NCBI GenBank assembly: GCA_041736175.1
Contig: JBGSUI010000151.1
Location: 1-62,951, forward strand
Direction of reading: 5' to 3'
Length of the DNA: 62,951 bases
DNA from: Oligoflexales bacterium
GTDB lineage: Bacteria; Bdellovibrionota_B; Oligoflexia; Oligoflexales; CAIYRB01
Positions 38,198-48,445 of the stretch are shown piece by piece (the first letter of the stretch is position 1; each line of letters starts with the position of its first letter). The position numbers were made by a program, and so were the translations under genes. A model generated the notes under the pieces. That model was not told the origin of the DNA, searched no databases, and saw only the letters and a list, made by a program, of their open reading frames with translations.

Positions 38198-39625
38198 GTG
38201 AGTCCAAAAGAAGTCCGACTCTATAATACCCTAAGCCGCAAAATCGAAGTCCTTACCCCGGGCACTCCTGGCACGGTCGACATCTATAGCTGCGGTCCCA
38301 CGGTGTATTCCTATGCCCATATCGGAAATATGCGGGCCTATATCTTTGCTGATTTTTTAAGACGAGGCCTGACCCTCCTTGGATACCAGGTCAACCACGT
38401 CATGAACATCACCGACGTTGGCCACCTCACCGACGATGCCGATAGTGGTGAAGATAAGATGGAGCTGGGTTGCCGCCGCGAGGGAGCTTCTGCCTGGGAG
38501 ATCGCCCGCAAATACACCGAAGCTTTTTTCAACCATGCTGCACAGCTCAATATCCTCAGACCCTCTACCGTCTGCAAGGCAACCGATCATATCCCCGAAC
38601 AGATCAGCCTCATTGAAAAGCTGGAGACCAAAGGGTTCACCTATAAAACCGAGGACGGCCTTTATTTTGACACCAGCCGGTTTGAACGCTACCCAAACCT
38701 CGCCCGTCTAGACACCGAAGGACTCCGCGAAGGCCTAAGGGTAGATAAAGGAGCAAAACGCCATAAGACGGACTTTGCCCTCTGGAAGTTGGCCAAGCCA
38801 GGTGAAAAGCGCCAGATGGAGTGGGACTCCCCCTGGGGACGAGGGTTTCCCGGCTGGCATATCGAATGCAGTGCCATGGCCATGAAATACCTCGGCGCCC
38901 AGTTTGATATCCACACAGGCGGAGTCGACCATATCCCCATCCATCACACCAACGAAATCGCCCAGTCTGAGTGTGCGACGGGAGTCCAACCTTTTGTCCG
39001 AGTCTGGATGCACGGAGAATTCCTGCTCCTGGACGACTCCATCAAGATGTCCAAGTCAGCAGGTCATATCCTCACCGTGGACACCCTGATTGAAAAGGGC
39101 TTTGATCCTAGGAGTTTCCGGTTTTTAGTCCTCCAAACCCATTATCGTAAACAGTTGGGCTTTTCCTATGAGGCTCTCACCGCTGCCCAAAAAGGTCTGG
39201 AGCGGCTGATCCAACAGGTGATCAAGCTTCCTGCCCCCAGCACCTTATCCCTAGAAGCTGGACCTAAGACGCAAGGTGCCCTGGACTACCATGCTGCCTT
39301 TATCCACGGGGTGGCCCAGGACCTCAATATGCCCCAGGCCCTGGCAGAGGTCCATAAACTGGTGGGCGATGGCGCCATCGATCCCCAAGAAAAAACCCTT
39401 CTCCTCGCCGCGTGGGACGAGGTGTTAGGGCTCGATCTATGGACCCCGGTCAAAACCAACGAAGAACCTGTGCCCCAAGAATGCCTGGACCTCCTGCTTC
39501 TCAGAAACCAAGCACGCCAGCAGCGCCAGTGGACCGAAGCCGACCGTTTGCGGGGAGAACTCCTAAGCCGCGGGTTTGAGATCCTCGACTCCCCCCAAGG
39601 GAGTAGCCTCAAAAAACGCTCCTAG
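38198..39625 (+). CDS. cysS: Cysteine--tRNA ligase
   Basis: CGPTVY, HIGN, PGWHIECSAM, KMSKS; GTG after GGAGG. Confidence 0.97.
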   Translation: MSPKEVRLYNTLSRKIEVLTPGTPGTVDIYSCGPTVYSYAHIGNMRAYIFADFLRRGLTLLGYQVNHVMNITDVGHLTDDADSGEDKMELGCRREGASAWEIARKYTEAFFNHAAQLNILRPSTVCKATDHIPEQISLIEKLETKGFTYKTEDGLYFDTSRFERYPNLARLDTEGLREGLRVDKGAKRHKTDFALWKLAKPGEKRQMEWDSPWGRGFPGWHIECSAMAMKYLGAQFDIHTGGVDHIPIHHTNEIAQSECATGVQPFVRVWMHGEFLLLDDSIKMSKSAGHILTVDTLIEKGFDPRSFRFLVLQTHYRKQLGFSYEALTAAQKGLERLIQQVIKLPAPSTLSLEAGPKTQGALDYHAAFIHGVAQDLNMPQALAEVHKLVGDGAIDPQEKTLLLAAWDEVLGLDLWTPVKTNEEPVPQECLDLLLLRNQARQQRQWTEADRLRGELLSRGFEILDSPQGSSLKKRS

Positions 39626-39637
39626 GAGTCTTCGACC

Positions 39638-40699
39638 ATGCGTGACCGCCTCCATGTGGCCAAGGGCCTTCAAGAGCTTATGGACCGAGGGTCCCAGGGT
39701 CCCCAGGGAGTCTTGGCGACCCTTGTGGCCGTGGAAGGGTCCTACTATCGGCGGCCCGGAGCTAGGGCGCTTTTAGCCCGTGGTCCTAGTGGCGCATTGG
39801 AAATCCTAGCTGGCATCATCAGTGGGGGCTGCATCGAACAAGACCTACTCAAAGCTTCCGATGCTGTCTTAGACCGTGGGTCCCCCTCGGTCTTTTATGC
39901 CGACCTCACGGCGCCAGACGAGGTCCTCTTGGGCTACGGCACAGGCTGTCCCGGAAAGATCAAAATCCTTCTAGAACCTGTGGGCCCCCTTCATACCTGC
40001 CATGGCTACTCTCCCCCAGTGTTAACAGCCTACCAACCCTTTCCCGACCTCCTAAAGATTGGGATCGTCTATGAATCGGACCAGGAGGACTTCCCCATCG
40101 GCCTTAGGATCTTGGAGCCAAAAAGCCCCGCCTGCCCTGAGTCGGTCAAAATTTTTTGGGAATCCCCCCTTCGCCCACCACAGATCTATCTCTTTGGAGC
40201 AGGTCCCGACGGCAGGGCGACCACGGAAGTCCTCCTATCCCAAGGGTTCCCCGTACAGGTCTACGACCATCGGCCCTACTGGGCTGACGAGGGAGTCTTT
40301 CGCCAAAACCTGGCCTTTAAGGGCCCCTCAACCTTAAAGGTCAGTCTTTGGACCGAACGGGACGGTGCCGGTCCGGAGGGATGGGGGATGGACTCCCAGA
40401 GTCTGGTGATTCTTATGACCCATCATTTTTTAAAGGACCTGGAGATCTTATCTAAAATCCAGTCTGTCCAGCCTCGCTATATCGGAATTCTAGGATCTCG
40501 GCGACGAGCAGCAGCCCTACGGGAAGCCTGTGAAAACCATAAAATCCCCTGTGACTGGACTAAAGTCCATGGGCCGATCGGCAAAACCCCTTACCCCTGT
40601 GACGACCCCTGGCAGATTGGACTGGCGATCGCCGGGGAAATTCTCATGCAGATCTCTCCTAAGGAAGACCCTTACCATGCCAAAGACACCACTTTCTAA
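39638..40699 (+). CDS. xdhC: XdhC/CoxI family molybdoenzyme maturation factor
   Basis: EGSYYRRPGA, ISGGCIE, GCPG, FGAGPD, MTHH, YIGILGSR. Confidence 0.85.
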   Translation: MRDRLHVAKGLQELMDRGSQGPQGVLATLVAVEGSYYRRPGARALLARGPSGALEILAGIISGGCIEQDLLKASDAVLDRGSPSVFYADLTAPDEVLLGYGTGCPGKIKILLEPVGPLHTCHGYSPPVLTAYQPFPDLLKIGIVYESDQEDFPIGLRILEPKSPACPESVKIFWESPLRPPQIYLFGAGPDGRATTEVLLSQGFPVQVYDHRPYWADEGVFRQNLAFKGPSTLKVSLWTERDGAGPEGWGMDSQSLVILMTHHFLKDLEILSKIQSVQPRYIGILGSRRRAAALREACENHKIPCDWTKVHGPIGKTPYPCDDPWQIGLAIAGEILMQISPKEDPYHAKDTTF

Positions 40700-42008
40700 A
40701 ACTCCCATAGTCGTCGAAAATATTGGCAAACTCATCACCCTTGAGCCCTTAGCTAAGACCTTTTCGGGAGGCTCCGTAACCATTAAAGACCTAGGTATCC
40801 TAGGTCCAAAAGCCTGGCTGGCCATCGACCAACATGGCAGGGTACACGGAGCGGGCGTAGCTCCCCTCCCCTCCTTGTATGATCAATGGACAAAAGTCGA
40901 CGCCCAGGGTGGCCTGGTCCTCCCGGGACTGGTGGACAGCCACACCCATCCCTTGTGGGGGGGCTCCCGAGATGGGGAGTTTGTCCTGAAAGCTGCTGGA
41001 AAAACCTACCAAGAGATCGCCCAGCAGGAGGGGGGCGGGGGCATTTTGACCACAGTCCGAGCGACGCGCCAGGCAGGGGACGAAGTGCTGGCATCCCTCC
41101 TTGGACAGCGGCTGGAGCGCATGCGGGCTTCGGGGACCACGACGGTGGAGGTCAAATCCGGCTACGGTCTTTCCGTCAGCGAGGAACTCCGCCATCTCCG
41201 GCTCCTTCATGAGGTATCCACCCAGCAGGCCATGACCCTACGGATCACCTGTCTGGCACTCCATGCCCCCTCTCCGGACTTTTCCAAGGTGGACGACTAT
41301 ATCGCTCGCTGTTGTCAGGAACTCCTCCCCGAAGCCCATCGGCTCGGCCTGATCAGCAGCGTCGATGCTTTTGTGGAACGGGGGTATTTCACCCCAGAGA
41401 TGGTCCAACCCTACCTCCAAAAAGCCACCGACCTAGGGCTGATGATCCGGCTCCATGCAGACGAGTTTCAAGAAAGCGGCGCTGCGCTTTTGGGTGCCAC
41501 CTGGGGGGCCAGGAGCCTGGATCATCTTCAGTGCGTGAGTCCAGATGCTTTACCCCAGGTGGCCGCTTCAGGCTCCGTGGCGACTCTTCTCCCGGGGACA
41601 TCCCTCTACTCAAGGATTCCCTGGGCCCAGGCAAGCCCCCTGCGCCAGCAGGGAATCCCCGTAGCCTTAGGGAGTGATTTCAATCCTGGATCCTGCCTCC
41701 TAAGCAATCTTCCCCTGATGGCAAGCCTTGGGGCCGTCCACTGTGGACTCACCTTAGAGGAGGCTATCGCTGCCGTGACCTTCATCCCTGCCTACAGTCT
41801 AGGTCTGACCCCTCACCGTTATTGGGGGCAGCAGAAACAGGGGGGAGGTGGGTTTAAGGGAGCCCTCGCTCCCGGCTTTGACGGCGATTTTATCCTCTAC
41901 TCCCATACCCGTGCCAGCCAGTGGCTGGCGGATTTCGGCCAAACTCCACCCCAGCGCCTTTGGATCCAGGGCCAAGAGATAGCCCTTAACGGTAGCGGAC
42001 CTCAGTGA
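40677..42008 (+). CDS. hutI: Imidazolonepropionase
   Basis: [39 protein letters not shown]. Confidence 0.92.
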   Translation: MPKTPLSKTPIVVENIGKLITLEPLAKTFSGGSVTIKDLGILGPKAWLAIDQHGRVHGAGVAPLPSLYDQWTKVDAQGGLVLPGLVDSHTHPLWGGSRDGEFVLKAAGKTYQEIAQQEGGGGILTTVRATRQAGDEVLASLLGQRLERMRASGTTTVEVKSGYGLSVSEELRHLRLLHEVSTQQAMTLRITCLALHAPSPDFSKVDDYIARCCQELLPEAHRLGLISSVDAFVERGYFTPEMVQPYLQKATDLGLMIRLHADEFQESGAALLGATWGARSLDHLQCVSPDALPQVAASGSVATLLPGTSLYSRIPWAQASPLRQQGIPVALGSDFNPGSCLLSNLPLMASLGAVHCGLTLEEAIAAVTFIPAYSLGLTPHRYWGQQKQGGGGFKGALAPGFDGDFILYSHTRASQWLADFGQTPPQRLWIQGQEIALNGSGPQ

Positions 42009-42471
42009 TCGAGTATTCAATCTCTCCTTTAGGAACACGCACCTCTACTGTTTGACCAGCCCTCTTACCTAATAGGGCTCGGGCCAGGGGTGAGCTTAAG
42101 GAAATCAGCCCTTGCTGGATGTCGGCCTCCAGGTCCCCTACGATACGAAAAGACCTGGACTCACCGTTATCCTCGTCGAGGACGGTTACCCAGGCTCCAA
42201 ATTTAACACGGTCTTCCGCCGACTGGCCTTCCACATCGCTTTCGATGATTTGGGCTCTCGAGAGTTTGTCTTCGAGGTCGGCGATCCGCCCCTCGATAAA
42301 ACCCTGTTTTTCCTTAGCGGCATGATATTCAGCGTTTTCGGAAAGGTCACCATGGCTTCTTGCATCGGCTATTTCCCGGATGATCGTTGGCCTTTCGACT
42401 GATTTAAGGTTGTCAAGTTCACCTTTTAATTTGTGATATCCCTCTTTTGTAAACGGCACGGTCTCAGTCAT
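41986..42471 (-). CDS. greA: Transcription elongation factor GreA
   Basis: [28 protein letters not shown]. Confidence 0.96.
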   Translation of the reverse strand: MTETVPFTKEGYHKLKGELDNLKSVERPTIIREIADARSHGDLSENAEYHAAKEKQGFIEGRIADLEDKLSRAQIIESDVEGQSAEDRVKFGAWVTVLDEDNGESRSFRIVGDLEADIQQGLISLSSPLARALLGKRAGQTVEVRVPKGEIEYSITEVRYR

Positions 42472-42654
42472 GATCTTTTTAACTTTCTCATCGTGCATCA
42501 TCATGGGTGAACTCAGGTTGAATGGATTGGCTTACAGATAATGCGTTGACAGCCTTTCCTCACGGATCCCTAGGGATCTCTGCCCAGTTGACATTGGTCA
42601 TTTTTGTACTGAAATGGTTTTCAGTGCAAGTCATTCCTATGGGGAATTTATGAT

Positions 42655-44082
42655 CTATAGGTTGTGAGTCGCGGAAAAAGCAAACGATGTGGCCGACGCC
42701 TTGACGTCTTGGACCTGGTGATCCCCGAGTTTTTGGGCTTGGCCTTTGCCTTGTTGGAGAATAGCTCCAAGGGATATCTGACTGTTGGGTTGGACCCAGG
42801 CAGCAAAGAGGCTTGCCCCCGAAAAATCGATATGGTCAGGTTGGCCGCAGAATTTTTTGTTAAACTCCGCGTTGGCACAGGTCTGGCCAGAGGCTACATC
42901 GTAGTTGCCTTTTTTGATTTTGGGCCGGGAATCGTTATTGGTAAAAAGCCCAAACCTTACGGGAAAAGCAGGCGCTGCATACCACTCAAAACCCGTGTGG
43001 TAGTTGGTGAGAGCACCTCGGTTATATTTTGGTCGGTCGCCGTTGACAGCCAGGGCCTTGCTGTCGGTCACCGCAGAATAGTTGACGATATCGAAAGCCC
43101 AAAGAAAAGTCGGGCCAGCAAACCAGGCAAACCCAAGCCGGGTTTCCATGGGCATCGACTTATAGGAATCCTTATAGTCCGTTGGATTTACCACAGAACT
43201 GGTTGCCGATGCCAAGGTGCCTTGGCCTTGGCCAAGGGTGACCTTTTGGGCGTCGGAAAGGGTCAAGGTCCGGGTCTCGCTGCCCACTGTATAATTGTCC
43301 GAGACGACAATCCCTTTTTTGATGGTGAGACCTGTGGCAATCCCCGATGGTAGAGATAGCTGCACCCCTAAGACCGGCTGCATGGCAAAGACCTTAAGCT
43401 GTTCGCGGATATTCTGTCCTAAAACACGCCAGCCCACACCGACTGAGCCATCTGCCAGTTTCACTGGTATGGACTGTAGGGCATCCTGGTATTCTTGGAC
43501 CAGCTCGTCGGCCGAAAAATAAGTCATCCCAAAACCAAGGGCCAGATTAGGCATCGGGCGATAGCCGATGGCAGCCCCGGCATAGTTGGTGTTAGCGCGG
43601 GCATTGGAAGTCCGGTGGTAGCGTTCGACCGTCGTGCTGCCGATCACTTTATTTTCGATCAGGGTGTCTTGGTCTTTGAGGTCGCTATCTACTGAGTACA
43701 CGCCAAAAGCAAAGACCAGTCCTGGGACGTATCGATCGAGTTTCTGAAGGCCACCAAAAAAGGGTGACAGGGACCCAGCGCTTTCTTCGATAAAGGGTTC
43801 GTCCCCAAGGGTCTTTAGGTAGGAGGTCTCCTTTGAGTAAAAAGCATTTGCTGATGCCGAAATATCATTTGAGAGGGCAAAAGCCAATCCCGCTGGATTG
43901 TAGTAAACCCCGGAGGCATCGTCAGCAACCGCGCCAAAAGCCCCACCCATCCCTACCGACCGGGCTCCGACAAGTACGTTTGAGTAGTGAAACTGGTCCG
44001 CTAACCCTAGTTGAGCGACCAGGAGGGGGGCTCCACAAATCCCTATCGTCCATAGGACCGCTCGTCTTTTTTCTAAACCCAT
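42655..44082 (-). CDS. FadL/OmpP1-like outer-membrane barrel
   Basis: GARSVGMGGAFGAVADDASGVYYNPAGL. Confidence 0.8.
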   Translation of the reverse strand: MGLEKRRAVLWTIGICGAPLLVAQLGLADQFHYSNVLVGARSVGMGGAFGAVADDASGVYYNPAGLAFALSNDISASANAFYSKETSYLKTLGDEPFIEESAGSLSPFFGGLQKLDRYVPGLVFAFGVYSVDSDLKDQDTLIENKVIGSTTVERYHRTSNARANTNYAGAAIGYRPMPNLALGFGMTYFSADELVQEYQDALQSIPVKLADGSVGVGWRVLGQNIREQLKVFAMQPVLGVQLSLPSGIATGLTIKKGIVVSDNYTVGSETRTLTLSDAQKVTLGQGQGTLASATSSVVNPTDYKDSYKSMPMETRLGFAWFAGPTFLWAFDIVNYSAVTDSKALAVNGDRPKYNRGALTNYHTGFEWYAAPAFPVRFGLFTNNDSRPKIKKGNYDVASGQTCANAEFNKKFCGQPDHIDFSGASLFAAWVQPNSQISLGAILQQGKGQAQKLGDHQVQDVKASATSFAFSATHNL

Positions 44083-44153
44083 TTGGTTTCCCTCATACTG
44101 CCGATATTCAAGGCTAAGGATATAGGATATATTGATAACTTTTCATTGGGGTT

Positions 44154-45122
44154 CTAATCTTTTTCTGGCTTAGGAAAGATCCGTTTCACCTTTTCAAACC
44201 GTTCGGTCCCACTGGCACCGATAATTTCGTTGGCCTTAAGGGTTTTAAGTAATTTAGCGATGGCTTTTTTACGCTCTTCGATCGGCGGATGGGTTTTCTC
44301 GAGATTTTTAACTTTTTTGTTTTTGTCTTCGAGCCGACTTAGAAACTGTACCATAGCCCGAGGGTCATAACCTGCCCTGATGGCATATTTAACCCCTTCG
44401 TTGTCGGCTTCGTATTCCATCTCTTTGTCGAGGCCTTTTTCGGTAATGAGATTCATCCCTGCCTGGGCTGCTTGCAGGACGTTAAGACCAGCTCCTGCAG
44501 ATCCGGATAGATAACGAGCTAAGACCACGCCGGCACCGGTTTGTTCTGGCACGGGGCGTCTCCGCGTCCCCAGGGTAGGATCTGATTTACCGGAATCAGC
44601 CCGCCCTTTGGCCGCATCATCCATTTCTTTTTGTTTCATTTTTTTCAGGGTGTCAAACATATGTTTTTTACCCACATGGGCCACTTCGTGACCGAGGATC
44701 GAAGCTAGCTCTGCCTCCGTCTTGGCGTTGCGCAGCGCTCCCATGGTGATCAGGATATAACCTCCGGGACAGGCAAATGCATTGACCGACTCATGCTTGA
44801 GGATGGCTATCATAAACCGACGCTCTGGGTAGTCGCTATAGCTGGCCACATAGTTGGCCACTTGGTTGGCATACCCAATCACCCTAACATCTTCGATGCG
44901 ACCATAATACCCTAAGAGGCGCCCCGCCATATTACGGCCCACTTCCACTTCGGCCCGCATTTCTTCAATGGTCTTATTCTCGGCGCCGGAAAGCCCACTG
45001 GTGACTTCTTCCTTAGCCGTTTTTTGTTTGGTACAGCTCCACCCTAAGACCACCAAGCCGCAGCTTAATGTACTTAACCATAGACCGATTCCTATGGAAC
45101 CGACTGCATAAACTGGTGCCAT
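44154..45122 (-). CDS. M48 family metallopeptidase (lipoprotein)
   Basis: NAFACPGG, LGHEVAH, EYEAD, THP. Confidence 0.9.
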   Translation of the reverse strand: MAPVYAVGSIGIGLWLSTLSCGLVVLGWSCTKQKTAKEEVTSGLSGAENKTIEEMRAEVEVGRNMAGRLLGYYGRIEDVRVIGYANQVANYVASYSDYPERRFMIAILKHESVNAFACPGGYILITMGALRNAKTEAELASILGHEVAHVGKKHMFDTLKKMKQKEMDDAAKGRADSGKSDPTLGTRRRPVPEQTGAGVVLARYLSGSAGAGLNVLQAAQAGMNLITEKGLDKEMEYEADNEGVKYAIRAGYDPRAMVQFLSRLEDKNKKVKNLEKTHPPIEERKKAIAKLLKTLKANEIIGASGTERFEKVKRIFPKPEKD

Positions 45123-45235
45123 CCGAATACCACCACTAAACTGGGTTTTATTCTAGGTTAACCAGTTTCGAGGATAACATCAAGACCAGTCGTTTTTGCC
45201 GTAGCAGATACCTTTAGCGAATATTTGAAGTTTAT

Positions 45236-46324
45236 CTATTCTTTACAGAGACTCTCCCTAGTCTGGCGTTGGAGCTCAGCTAGAGTGACCCCAGCAGAGA
45301 TGGAAATGCCGTCAAAGATATAAACGTAGCCTCTGTTTGATTTTACAAAATAACACCCACCCCCTTCGAGGACACACCGTGGACTGTCTAATGGATTTTC
45401 CTGACCATCGATTTTAGTCAGCGGTACAAAGGCCGTATTCACCAGTTTATTCTTGGCAGTCGCAGGATAGATGGTACTATCAAAACCGAAGTTGACTAAA
45501 ACATCAGGTAGGTTTTCGTATTTTTCGATCGTTTGAATATTACTCCGGACGACCCCACCTTCACAAAAGGACTCTGGTGCGATCCCTTTAGCCACGTTCG
45601 CCGCATTTTGATTCATGTTCCAGAGGTGTGTGGGCATAAAGCTAATCCCCGGCACGGGTGCATCTCCTGGCTCAGGAGTCGGGAGTGGCCACTTGGCATC
45701 CTTGGCCTTGGACAGAGCAAAGGGAAACCGCTGTTTCACTCCAGGATTTAGCGGATCTGTGACGATTAGATAAGCGGTTGTATCGGGGAGGCCTTTTTGT
45801 GGAATCTGTCCATAACGATGCCACATGGCATACTGTGGAGCCTCTTCGCTGGGACTTGGCACGGAGTGGCCCTCTGGATTTTTAAATTCAAGTTCGTTTT
45901 TATACTTAGCTAAGTTAACTTTTTTATTGTCTCTGACCAAGGCGCAGCCAACCACCTCCTTAGAGTCATCCTTTGGAAAGCTGGTACGATTGAGATCAAC
46001 CGTAGCACAGGTCAGGAACGCGCCAGAAATAATCTGAGGTTCGTCTCCCCGACGGTCTTCGTCTGAGTCAGGCTTTTCAGTTTCGCCATTAAGGGCGCTT
46101 TTTTGCTCTTTAGTGGAGCCTTCCTTTTTTTGTGCGCTTCCGCTGAGCTGGCCTTGGTTACAACTTAAGGTCATGGCCACGAGGCTACCACTCACTGTAA
46201 ACCCACAAAGGATCTTGCCCCATAGGAGATCTGGTTGTGACTGGACAGTGTTTTTATTGTTGTTAAGCATGGTCTGCACCCTTTTATAAAACGTGGTCTT
46301 AAAAAACTCCCCTCTACCAAGCAC
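45236..46324 (-). CDS. Hypothetical lipoprotein
   Basis: TLSC lipobox; start probably 46270. Confidence 0.65.
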   Translation of the reverse strand: MLGRGEFFKTTFYKRVQTMLNNNKNTVQSQPDLLWGKILCGFTVSGSLVAMTLSCNQGQLSGSAQKKEGSTKEQKSALNGETEKPDSDEDRRGDEPQIISGAFLTCATVDLNRTSFPKDDSKEVVGCALVRDNKKVNLAKYKNELEFKNPEGHSVPSPSEEAPQYAMWHRYGQIPQKGLPDTTAYLIVTDPLNPGVKQRFPFALSKAKDAKWPLPTPEPGDAPVPGISFMPTHLWNMNQNAANVAKGIAPESFCEGGVVRSNIQTIEKYENLPDVLVNFGFDSTIYPATAKNKLVNTAFVPLTKIDGQENPLDSPRCVLEGGGCYFVKSNRGYVYIFDGISISAGVTLAELQRQTRESLCKE

Positions 46325-46329
46325 TTATT

Positions 46330-46357
46330 GTTTCGGCAGTTGGATTAAAGTTCTTAA
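46330..46357 (-). promoter_or_regulatory. Sigma28-like promoter
   Basis: TTAAG-N15-GCCGAAAC. Confidence 0.45.
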
Positions 46358-46566
46358 GGGGCCCTAAAAACGGGAGTTTTATAAATAAGATTTTAGAGAC
46401 TTGCGCTTTTTAAAACCCAGTTATTTAAAACAAGATCCGTGGAGCTTCCTAGGTCCCAAATGATTGCGTAAGATTGGACGACCTACAATCGACGGGATAT
46501 ATTCCGATAGGTTTAAGTCCAGGTGGGTTTACCTAACTCAGATGTCAAGTTGACTGGAGGTTCCCA

Positions 46567-47733
46567 GTGTTAGATAAAAATTCCAAAATCGCCTTAGTCC
46601 TCCCCTCACAAGGAGATATCGATCTCTTTTCACGAGCTTTTGGGAGTCTTAATTTTCGCAAACTAACGGCTTTTACCTCGGGCAAAGAAGCCTACGAGGT
46701 GGTGACACGGCAGCAGTTTGATATCTTTGTGGTCGCCATGGATATGCCCGAAATGTCCGGGGTGGTGTTTGTACAAAAAATACGGGAAACGGGCAACTAC
46801 GGCAACGAATCACAACTCTTCGTCTGCCAAAAGATCGAGCCTGCGATTCTCAACGTCCTCCACGAACTGGACATCTCCCACGTGATGACCTCGACAACCA
46901 AACAAGCGATGATCAGCGAAAAAATCAACCATCTCATCAAGTCAGAAAACAACCTCTCGGACTCCGAAAAATCTTACCGGGATGCTCGCTCGGCTTTATT
47001 CAACGGCCTGGTCGATATGGCATTGGATATGGCCGAAAAGTTGGTCTCTGGAGAAAATGCCTCAGAAAAAGCTTATATTTTGTTAGGGGATATTGCCAAC
47101 AAACGAGGAAACACGGACGAGATGATCAGCAGTTATGCCCAAGCTCTTAAGCTTAACCCCAAGTCAGCGGTGGCAGCCCATAAACTGGCTGGTGCCTATC
47201 TGCAAAAAGGAGAGTCCAAACGGGCTGCTGATATGTATAACATGCTGGCACGGCTAAACCCCTACAATCTCAAACTCCTGGAAAACGCAGGTCTATCAAA
47301 CTACAATATCCAAGACTACGATAAGGCTAACGTTTATGCCTCTGAACTCAAAGGCATGGATCCCAAAAACAAATCGGCCTCAGAACTCACCGTAAACATC
47401 AAGTTAGCTAAGGGGGATTTTGAAGGATTAGCCGATGCCCTTAAGGGCAGCCATGACGATAAGGATATCGTATCGTTCCTCAACAATGCCGGCGTCAAGC
47501 TCGCCCAAGAGAACGATGCCGCCGGAGCCCTACGGATGTACCAGAGCTGTGTTAGACAGCTCGCGGGAAGCAAGTACATCCATGCAGTCTATTTCAATAT
47601 GGGGATTGCCTACAAAAAGATGAACCAAATCGAACAAGCCATCGAATGCTACGAAAAAGCTGTCAAAATAAAGCCTGATTTTGCCAAAGCAGCGGCCTCC
47701 CTAGCCGAGCTTAAAAACCGCAAAGCAAGCTAA
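46567..47733 (+). CDS. Atypical receiver domain + TPR protein
   Basis: FDIFVVAMDMPEMSG; multiple TPRs. Confidence 0.8.
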   Translation: MLDKNSKIALVLPSQGDIDLFSRAFGSLNFRKLTAFTSGKEAYEVVTRQQFDIFVVAMDMPEMSGVVFVQKIRETGNYGNESQLFVCQKIEPAILNVLHELDISHVMTSTTKQAMISEKINHLIKSENNLSDSEKSYRDARSALFNGLVDMALDMAEKLVSGENASEKAYILLGDIANKRGNTDEMISSYAQALKLNPKSAVAAHKLAGAYLQKGESKRAADMYNMLARLNPYNLKLLENAGLSNYNIQDYDKANVYASELKGMDPKNKSASELTVNIKLAKGDFEGLADALKGSHDDKDIVSFLNNAGVKLAQENDAAGALRMYQSCVRQLAGSKYIHAVYFNMGIAYKKMNQIEQAIECYEKAVKIKPDFAKAAASLAELKNRKAS

Positions 47734-47742
47734 TATCTTCAC

Positions 47743-48360
47743 TTACTTTCCCGACTCTGCCTTACGAGTGATCTCACCCATCACTTTGTCGCCCAGTTCC
47801 CCAACCTTTTTTTGCGAAACTTTAACATCTTCCATTTCATAGACAGCGCGAAGATTAGGTCTAACGCTGGCAGCATTGGCCATATCGTCGTCTTCCCTAA
47901 GTCCTCGCACGCCCATAACCGCTGATCTGGCCCGGCTCTCGGTGGCATCCTCGCCCCCTCGACCGCCTTTAACCACGCCGTTGATCGCCTTGGCCAAGTT
48001 GGTGTTGGTATCAGGTTTATGCTTTACAGCAAGGATCGATACAAAACCGGACTTTCCATCCTTGGTCTTCACTTGCCAAAACATCCCCTTGCGTTCTACC
48101 GATTCTAGCGTCTCTCCTGACTTAAGGCTCCCTATAACCTCACTCTTGTTGGTAGCATCAGTGTAGATTTCCACACCATCCTTTTTGGCTTCCACCTCTG
48201 CGGCCAGGAGCGCTGGTGCCCATAGACCTTGGAGCACTGCTGCTGCTAGGAACGATGTTGAATTAAGGATGCCCCTGATTTTTCGCTGCACCCAACCAAG
48301 ATGCCTACGACCCGAGAGTAGCCCTACCCTGAAACTTTGATTTTTATTTGATAGCCCCAT
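47743..48360 (-). CDS. SH3-domain secreted protein
   Basis: L..GE.L...ERKGMFWQVKTKDGKSGFV; AVMGVRGL. Confidence 0.75.
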   Translation of the reverse strand: MGLSNKNQSFRVGLLSGRRHLGWVQRKIRGILNSTSFLAAAVLQGLWAPALLAAEVEAKKDGVEIYTDATNKSEVIGSLKSGETLESVERKGMFWQVKTKDGKSGFVSILAVKHKPDTNTNLAKAINGVVKGGRGGEDATESRARSAVMGVRGLREDDDMANAASVRPNLRAVYEMEDVKVSQKKVGELGDKVMGEITRKAESGK

Positions 48361-48393
48361 ACTTACCTCCTGAAATCGTTATTCATAGGTAGG

Positions 48394-48420
48394 ACTTCGG
48401 TTCTTTTTCAGGAAACTTTA
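48394..48420 (-). promoter_or_regulatory. Sigma28-like promoter
   Basis: TAAAG-N14-ACCGAAGT. Confidence 0.4.
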
Positions 48421-48445
48421 ATATGACCTATATTTCCATATACTT

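Noticed and set aside
42664..43353. 229-aa + strand ORF, and similar antisense ORFs at 34439-35062, 60453-61022 and 62217-62759
   Set aside because: Shadow ORFs opposite well-supported genes, with no motifs.
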